Origin: Octopus vulgaris
Taxonomy: Eukaryota
NCBI GenBank assembly: GCA_951406725.2
Contig: OX597834.1
Span: forward strand, 12,958,001 to 13,022,000
Length of the DNA: 64,000 nt
Direction of reading: 5' to 3'
A model generated the notes under the pieces. The model saw only the letters and a list, made by a program, of their open reading frames with translations. It searched no databases and was not told where the DNA came from. The position numbers and the translations under genes are program-made. How positions within the stretch are numbered: position 1 is the stretch's first letter; every line of letters starts with the position of its first letter. This document shows, piece after piece, positions 53,021 to 64,000 of this stretch.

Positions 53021-54686
53021 TCTATCAGATATTATTGAAATACAATTTAGTGAATACAAATGCATACGTAATTTTGCTACATGATAATAAACTCAAACTT
53101 TGTAAAAGGTATCCAGAAACTATTTGCAGTGTTTATACATTTTCTATTTTTGGCTCCATGCTTTTGATTATATTTTGTAATTCAGTTAATACAGGAAGTA
53201 ATTTTCTCTCATTACACCCCTAACCGAAATTATTGCAGGAAGTACAATGGGCGTAGATGTTCCATTTTTGCCCTGCCAAAGAAACGGAAAGAAAATGATA
53301 CTAATGTTTACGTCATTAGGTTATGGAATGATTTTAAGAGATTATGACTGACATATCGCAACTAATTAATTGATGGCAAGAGAGATACTAAATCAAGCAT
53401 CCAAATTTATGTTGACTGGATTAGACCATGATGAGGTCTGATATTTTATATCAGATCTTGCGAGTAATTACATCATTGTTTACAAGCTTGAAATGAGTTA
53501 AGAATATCTAGGGTGAATATATAAATAAATCAAAAAATTAAATCCATCACATCTGAAAATGGGTAGAAAAATATCGTAAAAAGCGCAACGAACTTAGAGA
53601 AATAGAAAAGAAAACAATTCTTAAGAACGTTTGAATACGAACAAAAATACCCCTCGAATCTAAGAAAACACTTTTATAATTCCTCAAAAGGAAAACAATG
53701 ACATTGGATTCTATAAATGGGAACTCAGATATAAAAATGATATTCAGAGTAGACAAGTCGTCTATACTTCTGTTTATTTCTGTACTAAATAACACAATTT
53801 ATGTGGAAAGCTTGATGTAGTGAAGTGACGTGGTCAGAAACGATAAAGAAGAATCCTATACAGTACAGAATTCAACTGCAGTACAAATGTATGTAAGTTT
53901 ACAATTTAAATTAAGAGACACATATATCCATATCACAGCCGTGAAATCCGCTACTTCTCTACACCGATTACAAATTCACATTACAGTGATAATAGTTGTT
54001 GCTAGGTTAATAAACGTTTAAGTGGCAATCTCAAAAGATAAGAGTTTAAGGCGAATATGCGACAAGATAACGCGTATATTATACTAATATAATATGCAAA
54101 CAGAAGGATATATGCCTACACAATCTTTCTAAAATACAACATGGTTGTTGTTATTCAAATACCACTAACGGATTATTGAGCGCCGTTCTTATACAATGGC
54201 TTCAAATGATTTAAAATGACGCACCTATGCATTTACATATAGGAACTTAGTAACAAGCAGTGGTTTTCAACCATTTTATAGCTCTAGAACACTTCCAGTA
54301 CTATTTTTTCTGTTGGGCCTCAGAGCATGTTGACGTCTAAAAACTGGTTTTATAGATATATAACATATAGTAGGGATCTGTCTGTCTCGAGAAACTATGG
54401 ATCCTTTCCCGAAGAAATTGCGTCAGCTGCTAAAGGTGGTGCAGCGAGTCCTGTGCTTTTAGACGACCACAAGGGTGTGACAGTCATGCATATAGCAACT
54501 GCATTTGAAAAGCTCTCTACCGACATTACTGTAGCAATTTTATAGATATCTCTTATAAAATTATTGTTGTATTTCGGAATGGTCATTTTTAGCCAGTTTA
54601 GCCAATAAAAACACACGCACTATATATTTGGTGTTATTTTGCTTCAGTGTTATTTATTTTTTATATTAAACTTAATCTTATTTCGG

Positions 54687-54726
54687 CCAGAGTTCTTTCG
54701 TCACACTCCTCTGACCGCATCAGTGG
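54687..54726 (-). ncRNA. Minimal hammerhead-like motif (A9 to C variant) in a dispersed repeat ~54560-54830
   Basis: CCA-CTGATGC-G-GTCA-GAGGAGTG-TGAC-GAAA-GAAC-TC-TGG: stem I CCA/TGG, stem II GTCA/TGAC, CUC site. Confidence 0.55.
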
Positions 54727-55134
54727 TCCTTTGCTTTCTTCTTTCTTATTTGTGTCTCTCTTTACTAACCGTCAGCCATTTTGTATGTCTATTGTATGTG
54801 TCTTATAACATTCCTAATTTGCTTTTCAGGCCTTATTTTGTGAAGGTTTCTAAGAATAATTGCAGAACGAACATGCTTCTATAGTCAGAAGTATGTAAAG
54901 CTGTTAAAAGATTTCATCATGGAGCTTCCAAAAATGCTAAACTGATCATTCTCTGATCATTCTACTCTGTTGCTTTTGTGGAATCCCAGAAGTCTTATAT
55001 GAATGATAGGAGCCTTTTGGACCTCTGTTGTGCGCCAGTGGTCGACAGGAGAAGCCGATGGAAATGTACCTGGAAAATTTACTTCCGTCCGTCATTCACT
55101 TTTGTGTTGTATATATCGATGTCGGCAAAATTGT

Positions 55135-55630
55135 ACCCGAGTCGGCGACTAAACCGGCAACCCCACCAAACTTGCTTGGTGAGGTGGGTGTTTATTGGAC
55201 ACCCTGCAGGATGAAAAACAAACCCGTCAAAGAGTGGAGGATCTCTTGAGAGTTAACGGCCATCCAATCAATGTCTTAAGGCTGTATCATGCACTGGGAC
55301 ATAGAAATAATCGAAATGAATACGCGATTGCGCAGTTAAACTATTGGGAGTGAAGGACACCTAGCCTTTATTAGGGCATCCTTCTAGGAGAAGATAACTC
55401 AGGTAACTGGGATAACTCCGACATTAAACCTGTGGCTCAGTGGTTACCGATGATGTTGGCTTGTTCTTCTTTTCGGATTATGGCTGCTGTTGCTTAGTGA
55501 GTGGGATTGACTCAGTACACAGCCTTTCCTCTCTTTAAGAAAAATCTTCTTGCACAGGCATTACACGATATCCACATTGATTAAGCTTCATGCATTGGCC
55601 ATACTCGATGACGAGGTGGGCAACCAACAT
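55135..55630 (+). mobile_element. Possible RTE-derived non-autonomous element or RTE 5' UTR
   Basis: Relatively GC-rich island containing GGGCATCCTTCTAGGAGAAGATAACTC..TAAACC, reminiscent of RTE 5' UTR motifs. Recognition from memory only. Confidence 0.35.
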
Positions 55631-56700
55631 ATATACTTGAATCTATGTATATATACATATATACCTACATAAATGTGTATGTGTGTGTCCTCTCACCAGA
55701 TAATTTCACCATTTCAACTTCCCCAAGCTACACGTCTTCAATGCAATAGGTAGGCCACTATATTATAATTCAACCACTATGCAAAAAGGCGAGTTTTTTC
55801 CTGCATCATTTACAAGCATCTATGCGCTCACTGCCATAAATTACTTGTGTGACAACATGTGCTATCTGTGGGGTACCATCAGATAGGATAAATGAATGAC
55901 GTATTTTCGATCTCTGTGAATGTATATTGATATAATGAACACTACCCAATCATTGTTAATCACCAATTAATAAAACTGTCCAAAATAAAAAAAAATAAAA
56001 ACATCAATCATTTTCCATCGCATTTTGTTCAAAAGTGTAGATATCCTGCAAAGGAAGTCAGTTCTTTGTTTAAATAAAATCGACCTTTTAAACAGGAAAT
56101 GTTAAACTTCGGCTCGCCTCTGTGACAAGATAGTCTGGTTTAATGTGGATAATATTTGAATCTCACATGAGATTCTCTTTGTTTGTATGATATATACGTG
56201 ACTGCATATGTCTTGTTGTTGTCACAATATAATCTTCAGCGTGTGTTATACGTTACGTCAGGTGTCATTTATTGAATGTTAAGTTGAATCGATTCCACAT
56301 GGACCGAAATTACATCACACAGATCTTCAGGCGTCTCGGTTCTATAACTAGAAATGAATTATTCATGGAACGTTTAGACAATGGTGTTAAACTTCTTCAT
56401 AGAGATTTTCAAATATATGAAAATATTCCTGACATGCTGACCTTAACGTATGGACATCAAGTAAATTGCCAATTACATATGCAGTAGAAACCTATTAAAC
56501 AACCACAATGATTTTACAAACGAAAATAACTGATACAGGAAGCGAGAACACATGAATCACAAATTGTATTTTGATTTAGCTACACAACAGCAAGCGCACG
56601 CCGGCTCACGCACACATACATTAATAAGTATATGTATATATGTGAGTGTGTGTATGTGTGTGTGTGTGCACAGGTTCACAAAACACCCAACAAGATTATA

Positions 56701-56739
<39 letters not shown>

Positions 56740-56910
56740 CTAAAAATAAGGGTTTTTTGCCACAAGTTGCTTAACCACATACCGAAAATTTTAGAAATAG
56801 CAGCCAAAAGACTACTATTTCCTTTTACTACAAAGTAAGTCTCCAAAGAGATAACTCACACATGGCAAAAAAATAAGAAGAATAATGAAACCACAGTCTT
56901 CGGTTAATTA
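56740..56910 (-). repeat. Unclassified TA-embedded dispersed repeat (homolog of 20510-20700)
   Basis: Reverse-complement similarity to 20510-20700, with (TA)n on both sides. Confidence 0.7.
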
Positions 56911-57489
56911 TGTAATATATATATATATATATATATATACATACATAAATACTGCTGTGCGTGCGCGCGCACATGTTTGTGAGTGTGTGTGGTCTGTGTG
57001 TTTGTCGATTCTGTACTTTTGTACTCTGTTCATCACTATTTCTATGTATGGCGAAATACACGCAACTATTTAGACTTAAACGTACACACATACTCGAACA
57101 GAGGTCAGCACACTCATACACGCGTGCGCGTGCACACACACACACGCACGCGCAAAGATATGTACTCCTTTTCGAAATACTATTTCTTTGAACATTTTCG
57201 CTATATTTATTGATAAAAATGTCAGACTTTATGTTCCCTCATCAAATGAAAGCAAACGCTCAAAAGGCAGCATAGTGTTAGAGAGAAATAGCTCATTTCT
57301 TGAAGGATGCTCGATCCTTCGTTGTCTAACTGCGAATGAAACTGTTAGCTACTGACGAGTATCCGACCGCTTCGTCTAAATGCAAAACATGCGCAAGTTT
57401 CCTATGCAATCACAAAATATATAAAATCCAATAAATAATCGATAAAAATTCCGGTCTTTTAATAAAGTGTCATCACAAAGGCCCTCAAA

Positions 57490-58105
57490 GTTTTATAATA
57501 CACCTTGAGAAGGACTGCGTATATTGAGATCAGTTACAAATCGAATGTGATGGGGAATATTCAGATTATATCGGATGTCGCATGAACGGATAGTTCGATT
57601 CGTGCAAACACGCTTGTGAAACAAGTTAAGGCAAAAAGTGACTAGAAATTCTTTGATTTTACTTCGATGACGAAGGCTTCGATCAGGGACTAAATGTAAG
57701 CTGAAGGAAGGGCAGATGTATGTGCTGAGCCCTACTGAGTTCCAGCAGTTACGCATAATAAGCTCCCAGCAACTGTGATGGTTCCAGATATCATCAACTA
57801 CGTTGGAGGTCTGATGGAGTTCTCCTTAGTTCTTTTCACATGTCTGAAATGTCATAGCTGCTGTTTATAGAGAGGTAGTGGAAAAATTGTGGGGACCTGG
57901 ATAAACAGAGCACATAACGGAAAAAACGTAAGTCTTAAATAAGACTTCGCCGCCTCATAAGGCAAGGACAATATATACATGGATTCATGGCTGGATTCAT
58001 GAATCTTTTCTCCCAGATATATGCCCTACTTGCTCACCATACGTTACTCTACTTGTATAATACTGATGTAATGGAGACAGCGTGGTAAATCGACCCTCAT
58101 TAACA
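57490..58105 (+). pseudogene. Decayed maT/DD37D-type (Tc1/mariner superfamily) transposase
   Basis: Collinear frameshifted motifs: EISYKSNVM (~DIRYKSYVM), FYFDDEGFDQG (~FFSDEKNFDQD), KLPATVMV (~KFPASVMV), IVGTWINRAHNG (~VVKPWI), SPPHKART (~SAPSHKA), PDICPTCSP (~PD.WPPNSPDLN). Confidence 0.7.
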
Positions 58106-59042
58106 ATACAGACCCTTCTTACCTACCTGCGCTCAGTTATTTAATGATTTTAAAGATATATCTGACGCAAAGTTTTATATAACAGCAACACTTGTTTGAA
58201 TATTGAAGATTCATGTAGCAAAAAATACAGCGCATGTAATCCTACATATGCAGAATTTGCATAATCTTATGCACTAAGTGCCAGACGCTTTTGTACCAAT
58301 TACTCTGGTAAATCAACCATTTTAACCAAATTTTTGTTTTGCGTTACTTTATCTGCCTCACACATCTTTAAACTCAGAAATCTCGAGAAATTTCTATAGT
58401 AATTACTACTTAAGGAATCGTTTATTTCTTCAGGATTACTCCTCATTACTTTTATCTAGATACATTTTCTTTCACATTCGAAAATGTAATACACCTCTTA
58501 ATTATTTATTTATTTTAGACTATATTCATTTCTATTTATCTAAATAAACCTACGTTTTCTTCTGTCGATCACGCTGTTATTATAATGTTTCTAAATCATC
58601 GTACGTCTCAAAATATCAATCACTTATTTTAGTTTATTCTTTCAATCAATCAGGAATTTTACCCTCATAAGATAACTCGAGATATTCCCACCTGTATGCT
58701 TGTTCCAATTAGTAATATATAACGACAGAAATTTCACGAGAATACGGATACGAAGTAAATTGTAGCCTTTCTTACATTAAAACCAGATCGAATACTACGT
58801 ATACGCACATATACACGTTGTTACGTTCAATGCTCAAATGATGCTGATGTGGACTTAGATTTACATCGTCTGAAGTCGGTAAATTAACCACGAACTGAGC
58901 ATTGGGGATCGATAAAATGGATTGATCCCAACCCCCAAAATTGCTGACCACATGCCAAAAATTTTGAATCAATATATGTGTGTGTGTATGTATAGATGTG
59001 TATGTGATTGTGTCTACCACTGTTTGTGTCTGTGTGCCTGTA

Positions 59043-59469
59043 TACTCTTACTCGTTTTTTAACTCTTTTACTTGTTTCAGTCATTTGACTGCGGCCATGC
59101 GGGAGCACCGCCTTTAGTCGAGCAAATCGACCCCAAGACTTATTCTTTGTAAGCCCAGTACTAATTATATCGGTCTCTTTTGCCGAACCGCTAAGTAACG
59201 GGGACGTAAACATACAAGCATCGGTAGTCAAGCAATGCTAGGGGGACAAACACAGACACACAAACACACACACACATACATATACATATATATATACATA
59301 TATACGACAGGCTTCTTTCAGTTTCCGTCTACCAAATCCACTCACAAGGCATTGGTCGGCCCGGAGCTATAGCAGAAGACACTTGCCCAAGATGCCACGC
59401 AGTGGGACTGAACCCGGGACCATGTGGTTGGTTAGCAAGTTACTTACCACACAGCCACTCCTGCGCCTA
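59043..59469 (-). mobile_element. SINE family B, full length
   Basis: Near-identical to the other family B copies. Confidence 0.92.
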
Positions 59470-60204
59470 TGTATATAATGTGATATTAAAATCCCTGCCA
59501 TGTTCAATTTTCTTAACTTTTACTAAAGTTTTCAGATATTCTCTAAAACCTTTTTTGTTAAAACCTAACTGAAAAAAAAAAAGGTTCTCTGCAGGTATTT
59601 AGATACATTCAGACATACATAAATATTTGAGAAAGTTTACGCAATTAGTTATGTGTTATTTGTTTTCGTGCTGACATATTGCCAACACTATTTAACTCAC
59701 AAGCACATTTGGCAACGTAAAACAGCTAAGACTACGGATTCAACGCTCGGTTTAACTATAGGTTATTTTACATATTTCTGCACAATCACTGATATTGATC
59801 AACGTTTTTGTCTTACTGCTGTTTTTTTTTTCCCAGCAAATTCTTTTTGTATCAATCAGGCAAATGAATAGTGATTGATAGCAACAAAAAAATAATGCAA
59901 GCATATAGCGTTTCTTTTAGTAAATGTATATGAAATTATTCATGTGCACATTTCTCAGTCACACACTTAGACGCAGAACACAACCACATAACATAATAAA
60001 AGATTCAAATTTATTAGCAGTGTGTCTATATATTTGTATTAACTGAGTACCTTTGTTCCGCTATATAAATGCATGTATGTGTGCATCATATGCATATGTA
60101 TGAAGATACGGTTTTAAGACTATGTGTATATAAGTAATAATATCTATATACAAACACGTAAATATTCATATAATTTTCCATATGGTTTCATGTAGAATAT
60201 CTAA

Positions 60205-60248
<44 letters not shown>

Positions 60249-60273
60249 TGACAGAAAGCGACTATATACATAT

Positions 60274-60327
<54 letters not shown>

Positions 60328-60446
60328 ATGTGTGTGCGTGTGTGTAAATGGAGATAAAGAGAAATACATAGATATATTTGCTCTCTTTCCCTCTTTCACT
60401 TTCACTTTCCGTCTCTCATTCCATATATATTTCTGTGAATATATAA

Positions 60447-60505
<59 letters not shown>

Positions 60506-61640
60506 CAGACAGACAGACATAAATACAAACACACATATACATATATATATATATATATATAGTATAAAATATCTATGTTATTACGTGACAATACATTTTC
60601 CTCGCTTCCCACTGATTGCCACCAATATTTTCTACAATAAAAACAATTTATGGAGAATACTTAAGCTTAATATTTGCTATATTTACTCTTTTTTTGTTTT
60701 GTATTTGGCTGTTTTCTTTTTTTATTTTTACCTCGATTAGCATCAGAGTAATGCATATACGTAAATGAGGAGAATTCCGTCATCTATTAGATTCTCAATC
60801 TCAGTTCGCCAGCACTTGCTAAACAATCTTAACATATTTGTGTAAGCAGATTGAACAGTGTATTCGCTTTCTTTTTCAGTAGAAATAATTGCTTCTCCCG
60901 AAATTGTATAATATTGCATAACTTATTTTTGCTTTTATTTCATAAATCTGTTGACATACAATTTTATTCATACATTTTTGTTTTTATATATTTGCAGTTA
61001 ACTAATCCAGTCGTAATATCTCCGAAGACAATATCTAAACGCAGTCCGTTATGGTAGGATATAAATAGATAAAAAAACCAAAAGTAGCTGTGACCTGCCT
61101 TACTTACACTGTAACGCATTTTATGTAACATTCTAAAGTAGGAACAATTATTAGATGATAACTGTTATTTTGTCTAGACAGAATATTTAGCGTTATGTTT
61201 AGAGACACACTTAATATTGAATCCGACCGATTATATTGCAAACGAAAACATCATTTGTGATGCAAGTCAACGTAGTTCTGCTTATTATATTTTTCGCAAT
61301 TGTAGTTAAGTATCGCTTCAACTACTACAGCGCTGAATATAATGGTGTGTGTGATCTGTGTCGAGTTCAACTTTCACCTAGTAAAAACTCCAATAATAAT
61401 TGATGTAAGTCAATTGCTGTTCTTCAATATTTCTCCATTTTTTGTTTACTTTAGTTTTTGATTCTTGATAAACTCATATTTATCCTTGTCTTTAACCCCA
61501 ATTTATGATCGTAAATATGCTTGCATATGTATGCCCATGGTGAAATATAGGTAACGTACCGGTGGTATAACGGATACGTCTATCCCAATCTCTGACTATG
61601 TATGTATGTATATATGTATGTATGTACGTATGTATGTATG

Positions 61641-61709
<69 letters not shown>

Positions 61710-61713
<4 letters not shown>

Positions 61714-61993
61714 AGGCGCAATGGCCCAGTGGTTAGGGCAGCGGACTCGCGGTCGCAGGATCGCGATTTTGATCCCCAGTCCGGGCGCTGTGAGTGTTTA
61801 TTGAGCGAAAACACCTAAAAGCTTCACGGCGCTCCGGCAGGGGGTGGTGATCCCTGCTGTACTCTTTCACCACTCTTCCTCCCACTCTTTCTTCTGTTGG
61901 CCTGCTCGCTTAGCCAGCGGGGTGGCGTCTTTCGAAGGCTAAAGCAATGCGAACGCATTGTGACCAGGGATGTGTAACAAAATCTGATGGTCT
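61710..61993 (+). mobile_element. SINE family A head with alternative 3' tail (sister subfamily)
   Basis: Matches family A until ~CTCTTTCACCAC (61873), then has an unrelated tail GGCCTGCTCGCTTAGCCAGCGGGGTGGCG..GCATTGTGACCAGGGATG. Confidence 0.85.
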
Positions 61994-62019
61994 ATATATA
62001 CAGCAATCTTCTTCAGGCC

Positions 62020-62158
62020 TTCGCCTACAAAATACACTCACAAGTCTTTGGCTTTCCAAAAACTTGTTATAGCACCTGACACTCGCCCAAAGCGCAAAGC
62101 AGTGGGATTGAACCCTTAATCATTTGGGTGGGAAGCAAATTTGTTTACCACACAGCCT
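62020..62158 (-). mobile_element. SINE family B 5' fragment, degenerate
   Basis: CACTCACAAG..GCCCAA..GCAGTGGGATTGAACCC..TTACCACACAGCC. Confidence 0.65.
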
Positions 62159-63190
62159 CGATTAGTAGCAACGCATAAGTTCAATTTTCATTTCCAAAAT
62201 TAGAAAGCTAATAACCTAAAGAGAGGGATTTGCGGAATACACTATTTTTTCCGCAAATACTTGCCCGTTGATCACTGCATAATTTTAACAGAAATCCCAT
62301 ATCACTGGTTGACGTATCATATATTTAAACACGTTTATGTAAATATTCAATTAGTCTTTGGTGTATTAGTTGACGATTGCATGGTAAGAAATGTATTACA
62401 CGACATATTTATCTAATGATAGAGCATCATTTTATATGAAATTAACCAAATCTAAAACGCATCATATCTTTATTGAAGAAAACGATGGACGATATAAGGC
62501 TGTTATCAATGTTGCTATTATACTCAACGGGCACACTCGGATTGCTTTTGCCACTCGACCTGCTGCATGGGGAATTGCCTGCAGCTAAAAATCGACAAGA
62601 CAACTAGATAACAATGGAAGTTTACTATTTTCTATTTCTGAGCGACATTTGACATGAAAAATTAGAATCTATTTATACGCTCGAAATTCTAGTCCGCAAG
62701 CGGAGAAAAATCATAACGCTATTTACCGAGATGACGTCGTAAATCATCTCCTCTAAATTACGTCCGTACAACACTTCAGATGAGTACTTATAATTCAGTT
62801 AATAAATAAATAACTCAGAAACTAGTGAAACTACTTATAAATATGTGACAATCAACGAAAATGAATGACTATGATATGGTAAAAATTACTGACAGTTGAG
62901 AAATGAATAATTAATAGAGTGCACAAAAATCAGATTGTTAAAAATATAAATGAATTCGTCAAGGAAATGCTAAATCGATTACATTATATCAGATTCTATG
63001 AAAAGTTGGTCATCAAATGGGTGTCAAATATATTACTATTTATTCGATAAACATACCTCTAATGAGTGTGAAGAACGGTCAGGCAGGAATAAGTTCATGT
63101 GACGATGTAGTAGTTCATAGGTCACTTACCTAGAAACGAATAAAAAAAATTATTACTAAAATTATTATTATAAGTCGTATATATATATAT

Positions 63191-63229
63191 ATATCTGAAG
63201 AAGGAATTTTATATTCCGAAATATCATAT
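63191..63229 (+). ncRNA. Minimal type I hammerhead motif at the edge of a TA tract
   Basis: ATAT-CTGAAGA-A-GGAAT-TTTAT-ATTCC-GAAA-TATC-ATAT: 5-bp stem II, palindromic ATAT stem III, AUC site. Confidence 0.6.
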
Positions 63230-63487
63230 AAGACTAAGAATGATTAAATTGCAACAGTTAAATTATAATAGATCATTGTTGTTATTATAGAGCATTGTTT
63301 TGCCATTCAAACCCCCCCTCCTTTATATATACAAGATGATTCGAAAACGCTCACACTCACTAGCAAACATCTTCTTCTAAAATTGTTCGTAACATGTCAT
63401 TACACGAATTTACAACGTTTTAAGATATTTTTTAATAATTCTCTTTATACATAAAAAATCTGCTTTAAGCAATTTTCTCAAAGATTT

Positions 63488-63522
<35 letters not shown>

Positions 63523-63523
<1 letters not shown>

Positions 63524-63672
63524 CGGGAAGCTTTATGAAAATAAACAAAAGACGAAGGCAGGTGGAGTACAGACAAACAATTGTATTAGTATGGCGCTCA
63601 GGAATATATATAAAACAAGTCTTTTACGTTTCGAGCCTAACTAACACGGAGAGAAACATGGAGAGAAAAAAA
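63523..63672 (-). mobile_element. TA-embedded Penelope-like pLTR remnant with half hammerhead
   Basis: Minus strand GGCTC-GAAACGTA-AAAG is the 3' half of a hammerhead. Architecture resembles 36670-36885 (CGCTCA.GAA..ACGTTTCGAGC). Confidence 0.45.
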
Positions 63673-63676
63673 TATG

Positions 63677-63722
<46 letters not shown>

Positions 63723-63731
63723 TATATATAC

Positions 63732-63860
<129 letters not shown>

Positions 63861-64000
63861 CATATCTATATGAATATTTATCTTTTACACGTTTCAATCA
63901 TAATACTGCGGCCATAATACTGCGGAAGGCTTAGTTGTACGAATCAAAACGAGGACTAATTACTTACTTTTCTATTATTTTATAGAATGGCACTTATTCT

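Noticed and set aside
54257-54330. hAT-like TIR CAGTGGTTTTCAACC (and a similar end near 34380-34398)
   Set aside because: No matching partner TIR or 8-bp TSD found nearby.
61710-61790. Functional tRNA gene
   Set aside because: The tRNA-like segment is a SINE head: no proper acceptor stem, and it continues into the SINE body.

Overview
AT-rich, microsatellite-dense eukaryotic non-coding DNA (intron or intergenic), most likely from an octopus, inferred from the tRNA-derived SINE families and the TA/TAA/GATA microsatellite load. I found no credible host protein-coding gene; most ORFs in the track are microsatellite or SINE read-through. The window is a mosaic of three abundant tRNA-headed SINE families (called A, B and C here), two Dong/R4-type LINE 3' stubs inside (TAA)n, decayed mariner, Tc1, maT/DD37D and RTE coding remnants, two inverted non-autonomous Helitrons and a SINE-born 30-bp minisatellite. 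The most interesting signal is a set of short, mutually unrelated non-coding elements, mostly inserted in (TA)n tracts, that carry minimal type I hammerhead ribozyme motifs of the Penelope/retrozyme kind. These include a 396-nt unit with a 101-bp terminal redundancy (8537-9033) and a fold-back palindrome with a hammerhead on each strand (19429-19586). All alignments and folds were read by eye and not computed.
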